Program-made: the position numbers and the translations under genes
Shown: in pieces, positions 39,101-48,551 of the stretch
Layout of the letters: every line of letters begins with the position of its first letter
Numbering within the stretch: the first letter of the stretch is position 1
The notes under the pieces: model-generated
The model's input: only the letters and a program-made list of their open reading frames with translations
What the model was told of the DNA's origin: nothing
The model's database searches: none
Source of the DNA: a bacterium
GTDB lineage: Bacteria > Patescibacteriota > UBA1384 > JAGGWG01
Assembly: GCA_021157605.1 (NCBI GenBank)
Contig: JAGGWG010000010.1
Coordinates: 1 to 50,729, forward strand
DNA length: 50,729 bases
Reading direction: 5' to 3'

Positions 39101-39995
39101 CCGGGTGGAACAGCTTTTTGAGGCTCGCACTCCCAAGAATCCCGCTCTTTTGGCTGAGGAAGCGGGTAAAGTAAGAATTATAGAAAAGGAAGACAAGACA
39201 GAAATAGTTTTAGAGGCTGCTCGTAAAAAGAAGCGTACTCTGCATTTGCCCAAAAACACTACTCTAAAAGTGAAAGAGGGAGAGTTGGTTAAAGAGAAAG
39301 AAGTCTTAACAGAAGGCAAGGTGCGCATAAAAGCGCCTTTTTCTGGTCGTATTGTGAAGATAGATAAAACAAAAATTGTTATTGAGGCTTCAGAGCCGGC
39401 TCGTTATGAGTGGGAAGTTTCTCCTTATTTTGAGATTTTGGTTGAGGATGGTGAAGAAGTGGAAAAAGGGCAACAGCTGACTGAGGGTAATGTTGATATT
39501 AAGATGCTGGCGCGTCTCAAGGGCGAAAAAGCGGCTCAAAAGCATATTATTAATGAGATTAGTGATGTTTATGCTTCTCAAGGTCAGGATATTCATCCTA
39601 AGCATTTTGAGGTAACAGTCAGGCGTATGTTCTCTAAGTGCCAAATTGTCAATCCGGGTGATTCTACTTTTGTGGAGGGGCAAATTGTAGATCGTGCCAA
39701 AGTAGATTTTATTAATGGAGAGCTCAAAAAGAAGAAGAAAAAAGAAATTAGAGCCTTGCCTCTCGTGTTAGGTATTACCAGAGTTTCTTTAAGTACTGAT
39801 AGCTTTTTATCTGCAGCTTCATTTCAGGAAACTAGCGCGGTTCTTAGAGATGCTGCTTTAGTGGGCAAAGTCGACCTCTTGAGAGGAATTAAGGAAAATG
39901 TTATCATCGGCAAGCTTATACCTTCAGGTACAGGTTTTAAGCCTCGTCAGTATCTGCAGCCAGCAGGTAGAGGTAAATCTAAGGGGAAAAGCTAA
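36180..39995 (+). CDS. rpoC: DNA-directed RNA polymerase subunit beta'
   Basis: 1271 aa with the Zn-finger CSCGKY...CDRCGVEV, the catalytic NADFDGDQM and the trigger-loop/bridge-helix regions. Confidence 0.98.
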   Translation: MAKATKGKAQGIEILPESIESFDFLRLGIASPEEILSWSNGEVTKPETINYRTQRPERDGLFCEKIFGPVKNYECSCGKYKSARYKGMICDRCGVEVTHASVRRRRMGHIELAVPCAHIWYVHGVPSRLALVLDISSNDLEKVIYFGGFIIKEVDEELKKKTSEQLKKEYGEYQKEITQKIKQADKKEKTKLLEKKSQVERAFVKGKEELQNLRVKKVISEDEYYDLITKYGQIVKVGIGAEAIAELLEAMDLEKEIKEMEKKLSKYTEKQRPKRIVYRLKLFYQMKKANIRPEWMIIKVLPVIPPDLRPMVQLDGGRFAASDLNDLYRRVISRNNRLKRLMQEGAPEVILRNEKRMLQEAVDALIDNSARGQKAAMTTSGRRALKSLSDMLRGKQGRFRQNLLGKRVDYSGRSVIVVGPELKFHQCGIPKHMALEIFRPFVIAKLLEKETANNIKHANQLVEQEIPEVWEVLGEIIKNYVVLLNRAPTLHRLGIQAFEPVLVEGKAIRIHPLICEAYNADFDGDQMAVFLPLSKKAQEEAKALMASSVNLLKPASGRPIVTPKQDMVWGLYYLTYLDDKQKAKKYFGSEEEILVAYWTGHLDLQEKVKIKIKEGDVIETSCGRVILNQVLPPNLRFFNDLVDKKAMSRLIAKSFEFLGKEKTVELIDDLKTLGVYFATVFGTTISMADIVIPKEKKQILAKAEKEVKNIRKQFEQGMITNEERHLMIVDVWSKARGELEKKMLTAYSPLNPVYSMVLSGSRGSVAQLSQLSGMKGLVVSPSGRIIDLPVKANYKEGLGVLEYFISSHGARKGRTDTALRTSEAGYLTRRLVDVAQDIIVEEEDCGTKEGITLRREEEADFVLSLRGRVVLKDVKNKKGKILIKKGELITQELAQKIAEEVEEVEVRSPLTCASPYGICQKCYGEDLARGEMAELGTAVGIMAAQAIGEPGTQLTMRTFHVGGVAGEDITQGLPRVEQLFEARTPKNPALLAEEAGKVRIIEKEDKTEIVLEAARKKKRTLHLPKNTTLKVKEGELVKEKEVLTEGKVRIKAPFSGRIVKIDKTKIVIEASEPARYEWEVSPYFEILVEDGEEVEKGQQLTEGNVDIKMLARLKGEKAAQKHIINEISDVYASQGQDIHPKHFEVTVRRMFSKCQIVNPGDSTFVEGQIVDRAKVDFINGELKKKKKKEIRALPLVLGITRVSLSTDSFLSAASFQETSAVLRDAALVGKVDLLRGIKENVIIGKLIPSGTGFKPRQYLQPAGRGKSKGKS

Positions 39996-40003
39996 AGTGG
40001 TTA

Positions 40004-40031
40004 TTGACTCTGTGGATTAAACTGATAAAAT
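40004..40031 (+). promoter_or_regulatory. Candidate promoter for rpsL-rpsG-fusA (TTGACT-16-TAAAAT)
   Basis: -35 at 40004-40009 and -10 at 40026-40031; the ATG at 40039 is only 7 nt downstream. Confidence 0.4.
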
Positions 40032-40038
40032 ACAGATT

Positions 40039-40455
40039 ATGTCTACATTCGCTCAATTAGTCAAAAAGGGGCGCAAAAAGAAAAAACGACGCCAGAGAAC
40101 CCCGGCTCTCAAACGGGTTGTTAATGCTTTGCAAAATAAAGCCAAGATGTTGCCTAAGGGAGCGCCTTTAAAGCGGGGGATTTGCGTTAAGGTGACAACA
40201 ATGACGCCCAAGAAACCAAATTCAGCCTTAAGAAAGATCGCTAGAGTTCGTTTGACTAATGGCATGGAGGTGACTGCCTATATCCCCGGCGAGGGCCATA
40301 ATTTACAGGAACACTCTATTGTTTTGATTCGCGGGGGAAGAGTAAAAGATTTACCCGGCGTAAGATACCACATAGTTCGTGGCAAATACGACACCACTGG
40401 AGTTGAAGGACGACGCCAAAGTCGCAGTTTTTATGGTGCTAAAAAGGAAAAATAA
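40039..40455 (+). CDS. rpsL: 30S ribosomal protein S12 (with a ~15-aa N-terminal-region insertion)
   Basis: [20 protein letters not shown]...[32 protein letters not shown]. Confidence 0.95.
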   Translation: MSTFAQLVKKGRKKKKRRQRTPALKRVVNALQNKAKMLPKGAPLKRGICVKVTTMTPKKPNSALRKIARVRLTNGMEVTAYIPGEGHNLQEHSIVLIRGGRVKDLPGVRYHIVRGKYDTTGVEGRRQSRSFYGAKKEK

Positions 40456-40464
40456 TACTTATTT

Positions 40465-40938
40465 ATGCGGGGACGAGCCAAATTCAAAACCCAGACAATT
40501 CAGCCTGATCCTAAATATCACTCAGAATTAGTGGCTAAGTTTATTAATTATGTAATGCGCAAAGGCAAGAAAGCTAAAGCCCAGAGTATAGTTTATAGTG
40601 CTTTTGACATTATCCAAAAGAAAACAAAGAAGAAGCCGCTAGATGTTTTTGAGCAGGCATTAAAAAATGTAGGCCCTTATTTAGAGGTTAAATCCCGCCG
40701 GGTGGGAGGGGCTAATTATCAAGTGCCTATGGAGGTTCCAAAAAAGAGAAGAACTGCCTTAGCGATGCGTTGGATTTTGCAGGTTGTTCGCTCTCGCCAG
40801 GGTAAACCAACAAAGCAGAAGTTGGCAGAAGAGCTGATTTTTGCTGCTCAAGGCAAGGGAGAGGCCGTACGCAAGAAAGAGGAGATGCACCGTATGGCAG
40901 AGGCAAATAAAGCTTTTGCTCACTACGCTCAACGCTAA
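40465..40938 (+). CDS. rpsG: 30S ribosomal protein S7
   Basis: PDPKY...ELVAKFIN..., [14 protein letters not shown] and a C-terminal [11 protein letters not shown]. Confidence 0.95.
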   Translation: MRGRAKFKTQTIQPDPKYHSELVAKFINYVMRKGKKAKAQSIVYSAFDIIQKKTKKKPLDVFEQALKNVGPYLEVKSRRVGGANYQVPMEVPKKRRTALAMRWILQVVRSRQGKPTKQKLAEELIFAAQGKGEAVRKKEEMHRMAEANKAFAHYAQR

Positions 40939-40953
40939 TACTAATTTGAAACT

Positions 40954-43050
40954 ATGGATAGAGAGTATCCCATTGAGAAAACACGCAACATTGGCATTAT
41001 TGCTCACATTGATGCCGGTAAAACTACAGTAACCGAGCGGATTTTATATTACACCGGCAAAAAACACAAAATTGGTGAAGTTCATGAAGGTGAAGCAGAA
41101 ATGGATTGGATGGAGCAGGAAAAAGAAAGGGGGATTACTATCACTGCAGCTGCTACCACTTGCTTTTGGACACCAATAGGAGAAGGTAAAGAGCAGGAGG
41201 CGAGAATTAATATTATTGATACTCCTGGCCATATAGATTTTACTGTAGAAGTTCAACGCTCCCTAAGGATTTTAGATGGAGCCGTAGTTGTTTTTGAAGC
41301 TGTTTCCGGAGTGCAGGCGCAGTCAGAAACAGTGTGGCGTCAGGCAGATGAATACAAAGTGCCCCGTATTTGTTTTATAAATAAAATGGATCGTGCTGGC
41401 GCTGACTTTTATATGTCCTTTAATTCTATTAAGGAGAAGTTAGGGGCTAATGCAGTGGCTTTACAGATTCCTATTGGTCAGGAAGATAAGTTTGAGGGGA
41501 TTATTGATTTATTAAAGATGAAGGCCTTGACTCACGATGATGAGTTAGGCAAGGAGGTGGTGGAATCAGATATACCTGAGGATTATAAAGAAGAGGCAGA
41601 AAAGTGGCGTAAAGATATGGTGGAAAAAATCGCTGAAACTAATGACGAGCTTTTAGAGAAGTATTTAGAGGGAAAAGAGATAAGTTTAAATGAGTTATAC
41701 AGAGCTATCAGAGAAGCAACAGTTCAAAATAAAATTTACCCTGTACTTTGTGGTTCTGCTCTTAAAAATAAAGGTGTGCAGCCTTTACTTGACGCTGTAG
41801 TAAGATATCTGCCTTCACCAGTTGATTTACCCCCTGCCAAAGGCACTAACTATAAAACTAAAGAAGAAGTGGAGTGTCCTCCTAAAGATGATCACGCTTT
41901 TGTGGGTTTAGTTTTTAAGGTGGCACACGATCCTTATGTGGGTAAGTTATATTTCTTCCGTGTATATTCCGGGGCCTTGGAAGCTGGTTCTTATGTTTTA
42001 AATAATACCACAGGAAGGAAAGAGCGAGTGGGACGGATTGTAAGAATGCACGCTAATCACAGAGAAGAAGTAAAAAAGGTTTTTGCCGGTGATATTGCCG
42101 CTATGGTTGGTCTTAAAGATACCAAAACTGGAGATACTCTTTCTGAAGAAAAGTTTCCTGTGCGTTTAGAGACAATTGCTTTTCCTGAGCCGGTTATTTC
42201 TGTAGCTATTGAGCCCAAAACTAAAGCGGATCAGGAAAAATTAGGTTTGGCTTTAAAAGAGTTTTTGGATGAAGACCCCACTTTAAAGGTTTCTTATGAT
42301 GAGGAGACAGGGCAAACTTTGGTTTCTGGAATGGGTGAGCTGCATTTAGAGATTTTGGTTGACAGGATGAAGCGGGAGTTTGGCGTAGAAGCTAATGTTT
42401 CCAAGCCCAGAGTTGCCTATAAAGAAACTATCCGTAAGACTACTAAAGCTGAGGGCAAATTTATTCGTCAAACTGGTGGGCGAGGTCAGTACGGCCATGT
42501 CTGGTTGCGTCTCGAGCCTTTAGAAAGAGGAGCAGGGTTTAAATTTCTTAATGAAATTAAAGGCGGTATAATCCCAAGCGAATTTATCCCGGCAGTAGAA
42601 AAAGGCGTTAAAGAGGCAATGCAAAAAGGAGTTGTTGCTGGCTATCCGGTGGCTGATGTTTCTGTAGCTTTATACGATGGAAGTTTTCATGAAGTTGATT
42701 CTTCTGAATTGGCTTTTAAGATTGCTGCCACCAAAGCCTTTCAAGAAGCGGCAAAACAGGCTGATCCTTATTTACTTGAACCAATAATGGATCTTGAGGT
42801 AGTGGTACCAGAAGAATATTTAGGTCAGGTTAACGGTGATTTAAACAGCCGGCGGGCTCAAATTGAGAGTATTTCTCCAAGGGGTAATCTTCAGGTTATT
42901 AAAAGCAAAGTGCCTTTGGCAGAGATGTTTGGTTATGCTACTACTTTAAGATCTCTTACTTCTGGTCGGGGAGCCTTTGTTATGCAGTTTGATCACTATG
43001 CTGAAGTGCCTAAAAGTATTGCTCAGGAGATAATCGAGGGCAAGCGCTGA
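40954..43050 (+). CDS. fusA: Elongation factor G
   Basis: [28 protein letters not shown] and domain IV/V motifs. Confidence 0.97.
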   Translation: MDREYPIEKTRNIGIIAHIDAGKTTVTERILYYTGKKHKIGEVHEGEAEMDWMEQEKERGITITAAATTCFWTPIGEGKEQEARINIIDTPGHIDFTVEVQRSLRILDGAVVVFEAVSGVQAQSETVWRQADEYKVPRICFINKMDRAGADFYMSFNSIKEKLGANAVALQIPIGQEDKFEGIIDLLKMKALTHDDELGKEVVESDIPEDYKEEAEKWRKDMVEKIAETNDELLEKYLEGKEISLNELYRAIREATVQNKIYPVLCGSALKNKGVQPLLDAVVRYLPSPVDLPPAKGTNYKTKEEVECPPKDDHAFVGLVFKVAHDPYVGKLYFFRVYSGALEAGSYVLNNTTGRKERVGRIVRMHANHREEVKKVFAGDIAAMVGLKDTKTGDTLSEEKFPVRLETIAFPEPVISVAIEPKTKADQEKLGLALKEFLDEDPTLKVSYDEETGQTLVSGMGELHLEILVDRMKREFGVEANVSKPRVAYKETIRKTTKAEGKFIRQTGGRGQYGHVWLRLEPLERGAGFKFLNEIKGGIIPSEFIPAVEKGVKEAMQKGVVAGYPVADVSVALYDGSFHEVDSSELAFKIAATKAFQEAAKQADPYLLEPIMDLEVVVPEEYLGQVNGDLNSRRAQIESISPRGNLQVIKSKVPLAEMFGYATTLRSLTSGRGAFVMQFDHYAEVPKSIAQEIIEGKR

Positions 43051-43072
43051 TTATAGTTCTATCTTTTAAGTT

Positions 43073-43100
43073 TTGGAACAGTTATAATTTGTGCTAAAAT
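43073..43100 (+). promoter_or_regulatory. Candidate promoter (TTGGAA-16-TAAAAT) for the dehydrogenase gene
   Basis: -35 at 43073-43078 and -10 at 43095-43100; ATG at 43110; no Shine-Dalgarno. Confidence 0.35.
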
Positions 43101-43109
43101 AGTTTTGTA

Positions 43110-44108
43110 ATGGCTGTATATTTTTTTGAGGTTGAGCCGTGGGAAGAACGTTATCTAAAAAAAGAGTTTCCTAGAGCAAAATTTTATTCTTCTAAATTGA
43201 CCTCCCGTAAGTTAAAAGATTGTCAAAACGCAGAGGTTATTTCCACTTTTATTTACTCCAAGGTTAATGCTCAAAAATTAGAAAAGTTGCCAAAATTAAA
43301 ACTTATTGCTACTCGTTCCACAGGCTTTGACCATATTGATATTGAGGCTTGTCAAAAAAAGGGTGTTAAAGTAAGCAATGTCCCCACTTATGGGGAAAAT
43401 ACAGTGGCTGAACACGCTTTTGCTTTGATTCTGGCTTTGTCCCGCAAAATTGTGCCCTCAGTAGAGAGGGCTAGAATGGGAGATTTTAACCTCTCTGGTC
43501 TTAGGGGTTTTGATCTTAAAGATAAAACTATTGGTGTTTTAGGTACAGGTAATATTGGCGCCCATATAGTGCGGATTGCTTATGGGTTTGAAATGAAAAT
43601 TTTGGCTTATGATCTTCAGCCAAACTCAGAGCTTGTTAAAAAATACGGGGTTTCTTATACATCCTCTTTAAAAGAGCTTTTCCGCCGTTCTGATATTATC
43701 ACTCTTCATTTGCCTCTTAACAAGCACACCTATCATTTGGTGGATAAAGAGATTTTGGCAGAAACAAAGAAAGGTGCTTACTTAATTAACACTGCACGAG
43801 GAGGTTTAATTGATTCAGAAGCTTTGGTTTGGGCTTTGGAGGAGAATATTTTAGCTGGCGCTGGTTTAGATGTTTTAGAAGAAGAGCCTCTTATTAAGGA
43901 GGAAAGGGAACTTTTGCACAAAAACTTAGAGCTTTCAGCAATGAGAGATATTTTGGCAGACCAAATTCTTTTACGCCATCCTAAAGTTATTGTTACCCCT
44001 CATAATGCTTTTAACAGCAGTGAAGCTTTGGAGAGGATTTTAAAAACCACAATAAAGAATATCCGCGCCTTTTTAAAAGGCAGAGCAATTAATGTGGTCT
44101 CTAAATAG
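43110..44108 (+). CDS. D-isomer-specific 2-hydroxyacid dehydrogenase (D-lactate dehydrogenase-like)
   Basis: RSTGFDHID, the NAD fold GVLGTGNIGAHIVRIA, NTARGGLID and TPHNAFNS. Confidence 0.85.
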   Translation: MAVYFFEVEPWEERYLKKEFPRAKFYSSKLTSRKLKDCQNAEVISTFIYSKVNAQKLEKLPKLKLIATRSTGFDHIDIEACQKKGVKVSNVPTYGENTVAEHAFALILALSRKIVPSVERARMGDFNLSGLRGFDLKDKTIGVLGTGNIGAHIVRIAYGFEMKILAYDLQPNSELVKKYGVSYTSSLKELFRRSDIITLHLPLNKHTYHLVDKEILAETKKGAYLINTARGGLIDSEALVWALEENILAGAGLDVLEEEPLIKEERELLHKNLELSAMRDILADQILLRHPKVIVTPHNAFNSSEALERILKTTIKNIRAFLKGRAINVVSK

Positions 44109-44176
44109 AGTTTTTGAGTAGTGAGTTGTTTAATGATTTTTAGTATTAAACTAAGACATAATTTACATATATAAAA

Positions 44177-44207
44177 AAGCTCCCCAAAGGAGGGGAGTTT
44201 AGTTTTT
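44177..44207. terminator. Bidirectional rho-independent terminator
   Basis: AAGCTCCCC / GGGGAGTTT stem (44177-44200) with A-run upstream and T-run downstream. It serves the dehydrogenase (+) and the small ORF (-). Confidence 0.65.
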
Positions 44208-44307
44208 ATTGGGACAGTTCCAGATAACGTGCCAGCCAGAGCATAAGTGCGACTATTCCAAATAGCAGAACAGCAGAGAAAAAATTGATTATTTTCTCCT
44301 TTTTCAT
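44206..44307 (-). CDS. Unlisted 33-aa hydrophobic peptide (MKKEKIINFFSAVLLFGIVALMLWLARYLELSQ)
   Basis: ATG 44305-44307 is preceded by AGGAGG (44315-44320), with a 7-nt spacer. Candidate promoter TTGCTT-17-TAATAT on the minus strand (44349-44377); terminator immediately downstream. One TM helix. Confidence 0.45.
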   Translation of the reverse strand: MKKEKIINFFSAVLLFGIVALMLWLARYLELSQ

Positions 44308-44496
44308 TTCGCAACCTCCTGAAGATCAAGGATCTGTAAGCTACGTAGATATTAAAATATTCAACTGCAAAAAGCAACAAAAATTAGTTAAATATACAAA
44401 TTACATTTTTTCCTTTTTGCCACTTTTATTCTTTACCATTTTTTACTACTTCTTCTCTAAACCACCACCCTTCTCACTTTATTACCTAAAAATTAT

Positions 44497-44530
44497 ATTC
44501 CAATGTTCTTAAGAATGTCAGAATAAAAAC
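44497..44530. repeat. Copy B of the palindromic element (imperfect)
   Basis: ATTCCAATGTTCTTAAGAATGTCAGAATAAAAAC shares its first 13 nt, the AAGAA core and the GAAT(AT)AAAAAC tail with 24059-24094. It lies just 3' of the murA stop. Confidence 0.6.
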
Positions 44531-44549
44531 CACTTTCTTTTTGCTATTT

Positions 44550-45887
44550 TTATACCTTTCCCCTAACTTTTATCTCTAACCCCAAACTCTTAAATTTGTT
44601 AATAATATTTTCATATCCTCGTTCAATGTGCTCAATTCCATAAACCTTTGAAGTCCCTTTGGCAATAGCAGCAGCAATTAAATAAGAAAAACCAGCTCTA
44701 ATATCTGGAACAACAATAGTGCCGCCTTTAAGCGGGGTTTTGCCAAAAATTATACAGCTATGAAAAAAGTTTTTTTGATAAAAACGGCAAGGGTCAAAAT
44801 TCAAGCAACGGGTAGAAAGTTTTATATTCGCCCCCATTTTTACTAATTCATTCGTATAACCAAAACGATTTTCAAACACTGTTTCATGGACAACTGACTC
44901 GCCTTTAGCTTGAGTCAAAAGAATAACAAAAGGAGCTTGCCAATCGGTCATAAAACCGGGATGAACATTGGTTTCAATACTAATAGCTTTTAGTTTCCGC
45001 GGATTAGACCAAAATCTAATTCCATCTTCTTTTACTTCAAATTCCGCGCCCACTAAACGGATTTTATTCAGAAAAGTGAGAAGGTTAAGTTGGGAAGCTC
45101 CTTTAATGAAGGCGTCACCCCCTGAAGCAACTACAGCGCAGGCAAAAGAAACAGCTTCAGTTCTATCTAAGATAACTCTGTGCTTAAAACCTTTTAGCTT
45201 TTTTACTCCTTTAATAACAAAAGTGCGATCGCTCCTAATTTCTATAATCGTTCCCATTTTTTGAAGTACTAACATTAAATCAATAATTTCAGGTTCAATA
45301 GCGGCATTTCTAATTATTGTCCGTCCTTCAGCCAAAGAAGCACACAAAAGTACATTTTCAGTTGCTCCAACACTAGGGAAGGGCAAAAAGATATCAGCAC
45401 CATGTAGTTTTTTTGCTCGAACAATGTACTTGCTGCCCCTCTTTTTAATATCTGCCCCCATTTTTTTAAGAGCATTAAGATGAAAGTCTATTGGTCTTTT
45501 GCCTATTTTGTCTCCTCCTACTACAGGAACGATTGCTTTTCCGTAACGATGCAGCAAAGGACCAAAGAAAAGAATAGGGACACGGTTGCGACCAGTATAA
45601 GAAGCAGATATCTCTGGTTTTTTGATTTTTTTGGTAGTAATTTTTAAGACCCCATTTTTAAAAGAGAACTCGCTGCCAACATCATGGCACATTCCCATTG
45701 TTAATCTTGTATCCAAGATATCAGGAATATTCTCCAAAACACACTCCTCGTCAGTCAACAAAGAGGCAATAATTTGTTTGGTGGCAGCGTTTTTGGCTCC
45801 ACTCAGCTCTATTTCACCTTTTAAGGGTCCTTTGGGTTTTATCTCATAGTGCCTGCCTTGAGCCACCTTACTCTTTTCTGTATTCAT
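44550..45887 (-). CDS. murA: UDP-N-acetylglucosamine 1-carboxyvinyltransferase
   Basis: LSGAKNAA, VGGDKIGKRPIDFHL (Asp at the active-site Cys position) and the C-terminal DIRAGFSYLIAAAIAKG. Confidence 0.95.
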   Translation of the reverse strand: MNTEKSKVAQGRHYEIKPKGPLKGEIELSGAKNAATKQIIASLLTDEECVLENIPDILDTRLTMGMCHDVGSEFSFKNGVLKITTKKIKKPEISASYTGRNRVPILFFGPLLHRYGKAIVPVVGGDKIGKRPIDFHLNALKKMGADIKKRGSKYIVRAKKLHGADIFLPFPSVGATENVLLCASLAEGRTIIRNAAIEPEIIDLMLVLQKMGTIIEIRSDRTFVIKGVKKLKGFKHRVILDRTEAVSFACAVVASGGDAFIKGASQLNLLTFLNKIRLVGAEFEVKEDGIRFWSNPRKLKAISIETNVHPGFMTDWQAPFVILLTQAKGESVVHETVFENRFGYTNELVKMGANIKLSTRCLNFDPCRFYQKNFFHSCIIFGKTPLKGGTIVVPDIRAGFSYLIAAAIAKGTSKVYGIEHIERGYENIINKFKSLGLEIKVRGKV

Positions 45888-46078
45888 TAACTAAATTTTA
45901 TCAGAACAATAATAATTAGCAAATAAATCATCTAAAAAGAAAAGCATACAAATCTTGAATCCTTTTCTCTAAAACTCAGTAAAGCTGAATAAAAACGAAT
46001 TGTCGGAATTAGACAAAACTTTATTTTTGTGTATTTTAAAGACAGGACCTTGAAAATACTTTAGTAGGAGGCAAAAAG

Positions 46079-46405
46079 ATGAAAATAGCTAAGTATCTTC
46101 TGCTGGCCTTGGTGTTTTTCAAAATGTCTGTAGGTTGTTCGTATCTCAAGGAAAAAAAGTTGACAGGAACCTGGGCAAGTACTGCAGGAGGTTGTGGGAG
46201 CATCACCCTCACTCTTAAGCCGGATCACAGCGGCACACTGGAGATAATGGGGGAACGGGAATGCTTCACTTGGGAAACAAAAGGTAACACTTTAATTCTA
46301 AAATTTCCAGATAGAATTATCCAAGGAGATTATGTTTTGAAAAACGATACCCTTATCATAAGGACACCGGGAAGGCCAGATGTAGTATTTTACAAGCAGG
46401 AATAA
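46079..46405 (+). CDS. Small putative lipoprotein, function unknown
   Basis: Signal peptide MKIAKYLLLALVFFKMSVG|C with a lipobox-like SVGC; GGAGG 7 nt upstream; followed by a strong terminator; visibly higher G+C than its neighbours. Confidence 0.6.
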   Translation: MKIAKYLLLALVFFKMSVGCSYLKEKKLTGTWASTAGGCGSITLTLKPDHSGTLEIMGERECFTWETKGNTLILKFPDRIIQGDYVLKNDTLIIRTPGRPDVVFYKQE

Positions 46406-46417
46406 GTATTTCACCAT

Positions 46418-46450
46418 AAAAGGGACAAACAATGTCCCTTTTTGTATTTT
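46418..46450 (+). terminator. Rho-independent terminator
   Basis: AAAAGGGACA (46418-46427), loop AACAA, TGTCCCTTTT (46433-46442), then GTATTTT. Confidence 0.75.
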
Positions 46451-46499
46451 CTGGTCTCTATTGAATAAATCCTTTTTAAATTATAAACTCATAATAGAA

Positions 46500-47894
46500 A
46501 TGTCTGATTTTAATCTAAAAAAAGCCAAACATATCCATTTTGTTGGCATTAAAGGTGTAGGTGTCTCTGGCTTAGCTCTAATTGCTAAACACAGAGGTTT
46601 TAAGGTTACTGGATCTGATGTAGAAGAGTCGTTTATATCTGACGAAGCTTTAAAAAAAGCAAAAATACCAGTTGAAAAATTCTCTGCCCAAAACATAAAA
46701 GGGGTTGATCTAATAATCCATTCAGTTGCTTACAATGAGACTAATCCTGAAATCGCGGCCGCAAAAAAGAAAAAAATCCCTCTTTTTACTTATCCGCAGG
46801 CTCTGGGATTGTTTATGCAAAACTATACCGGGATTGGTGTTACTGGAGCTCATGGCAAGACCACTACTTCTGCTTTAATTTCTTATATTTTAGTGCGCGC
46901 GAGAATGGATCCAAACTTTATTGTCGGTGCCCCAATTCCCCAACTGGGCTCAAACAGCCGTTATGGAAAAAGCAAACTCTTTGTAGTTGAAGCTGACGAC
47001 TACCGTTATGCCTTTCTAAACTATGCCCGCTCACTTAAATATACAGTAATCACAAATATAGATTGGGACCACCCTGATTGTTATCCTTCGCTAAAAAGAA
47101 TGATTGAAGTTTATGCTGAATTTGTTACTTCTCTTCCTAAAAAATCTCTTCTTTTAGTTTATGGAGAAGATAAAAACATTAAACGCCTACTTAAACAAAT
47201 TAAACGCAAAGATTTAAAAATTAGAACTTACGGGTTTAATAAAACTAATGATTATGTAATCTTAAAAGTCGCTGAAAAAGAAAACCAAACCAGATTTTCG
47301 ATTTCCACCCAAAACTGCTCTTTGGGGAATTTTGAAATCAGCATTCCCGGTGAACACAATGTTTTGAACTCAACTGCCGCAATAATTATCTGTCAAGAGT
47401 TAGGTTTAAGTGCTGATAAAATTGCCAAGCCGCTAAAAGAGTTTAAAGGCGCTAAGAGAAGATTTGAAATAAAAGAAGAAAAAAATGGTGTCTTAGTTAT
47501 TGACGACTATGCTCACCATCCTGCAGAAATTAAAGCTACCCTTAAGGCTGCCAGAAAGTTTTATCCCCAAAGAAAGATCTGGGCGGTGTTTCAGCCCCAT
47601 ACCTTTTCCCGCACCAAAGCCTTGCTTAGTGAGTTCGCCAAAGCCTTTAGAGATGCGGATTCCGTTGTTATTTGTGATATCTTTGCTTCTGCTCGGGAAA
47701 AAGATACGGGAGAAGTCAGCGCTACCCATCTGGCTAAACTGGCTCAAAAACACCATCCTTGTGTTAAATATATTGGCTCAACCCAAAAAGTAGTTGAATT
47801 TCTAAAAAAGAACACCAAGCCCAAAGACATTGTCATTACTTTAGGAGCAGGCGATGTTTATAAAACTGTAGGAGAAGAATTTTTGTTTTCATAG
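46500..47894 (+). CDS. murC: UDP-N-acetylmuramate--L-alanine ligase
   Basis: IHFVGIKGVGVSGLA, GVTGAHGKTTTSAL, DDYAHHP and the C-terminal Mur ligase domain. ATG 46500 is preferred over the track's TTG 46461. Confidence 0.9.
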   Translation: MSDFNLKKAKHIHFVGIKGVGVSGLALIAKHRGFKVTGSDVEESFISDEALKKAKIPVEKFSAQNIKGVDLIIHSVAYNETNPEIAAAKKKKIPLFTYPQALGLFMQNYTGIGVTGAHGKTTTSALISYILVRARMDPNFIVGAPIPQLGSNSRYGKSKLFVVEADDYRYAFLNYARSLKYTVITNIDWDHPDCYPSLKRMIEVYAEFVTSLPKKSLLLVYGEDKNIKRLLKQIKRKDLKIRTYGFNKTNDYVILKVAEKENQTRFSISTQNCSLGNFEISIPGEHNVLNSTAAIIICQELGLSADKIAKPLKEFKGAKRRFEIKEEKNGVLVIDDYAHHPAEIKATLKAARKFYPQRKIWAVFQPHTFSRTKALLSEFAKAFRDADSVVICDIFASAREKDTGEVSATHLAKLAQKHHPCVKYIGSTQKVVEFLKKNTKPKDIVITLGAGDVYKTVGEEFLFS

Positions 47895-47936
47895 TTTTTA
47901 TTTTAATATCTTAAGAAAAAATATTGGGGTAGAAAA

Positions 47937-47960
47937 GCCCCCCAAAAAAAAGAGGGGGGC
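47937..47960. terminator. C6/G6 hairpin between convergent genes
   Basis: GCCCCCC (47937-47943), loop AAAAAAAAGA, GGGGGGC (47954-47960). On the minus strand the loop and tail are T-rich. Confidence 0.5.
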
Positions 47961-47966
47961 GAAAGT

Positions 47967-48551
47967 TTATTCTTCTTCTTTTGTGACATTCCCATCGGCC
48001 CATCCCACAGTGACTCCGTCTTTATGGCGAGAGGTGGCCTCTTGTATAACACGCCGAGAAAAATCATTTTCAAACTCAAGTTTTCTTATCCAGAAGTTAG
48101 TCGGCTTGAGGAAAACAACTGGAGTTCTTTCAGCTTCTACCAGCACAGGTATAGCTGGATTAGTATAAATTTCTGTTTCGTGTTTGCCTGCTAAGAAAAC
48201 ATTGAAAGCATAGCTCAAGTAAAGGTTGTCTGTGCCGCCTTCAGGGTTGAGGTAATTTATTTTATATTTAGAACGGTCCCTGGGACAGCGAAAGATATCC
48301 TCATTTTTAACATAGGGGAAGATCGAAGAAACATAATCATTGGGCTCATTAGGCCAATAACCGTTATAATCGGCTACATACATTGACATAACTGCTGTTA
48401 GGGAGGCCACATTGCTGCGGCAGTCGCTTTCTTTGTTGAAAATCATCAGATCTTCTTTGTCTATCTCTTTGAATGTTAAAAAAAGACCCCATCCGATGAT
48501 TATAAGCACCACAAGCAAAGGGAGCACCACGTCTTTTATTTTTTCTATCAT
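47967..48551 (-). CDS. DUF1559 / H-X9-DG-type pseudopilin-like protein without a canonical prepilin leader
   Basis: C-terminal SRHKDGVTVGWADGNV is exactly H-x9-DG. Contains DIFRCP and a CRSNVASLTAVMSMYVADYNGYWP segment like the post-helix part of this family. N-terminal signal anchor VVLPLLVVLIIIGWGLFL but no G|FTLIE motif. GAGGTGA Shine-Dalgarno upstream. Confidence 0.7.
   Translation of the reverse strand: MIEKIKDVVLPLLVVLIIIGWGLFLTFKEIDKEDLMIFNKESDCRSNVASLTAVMSMYVADYNGYWPNEPNDYVSSIFPYVKNEDIFRCPRDRSKYKINYLNPEGGTDNLYLSYAFNVFLAGKHETEIYTNPAIPVLVEAERTPVVFLKPTNFWIRKLEFENDFSRRVIQEATSRHKDGVTVGWADGNVTKEEE

Noticed and set aside
44000-44380. A 126-aa minus-strand ORF from the track.
   Set aside because: It overlaps the 3' end of the dehydrogenase gene and runs straight through a strong bidirectional terminator. 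The well-signalled 33-codon ORF in another frame (44206-44307) explains the region better.
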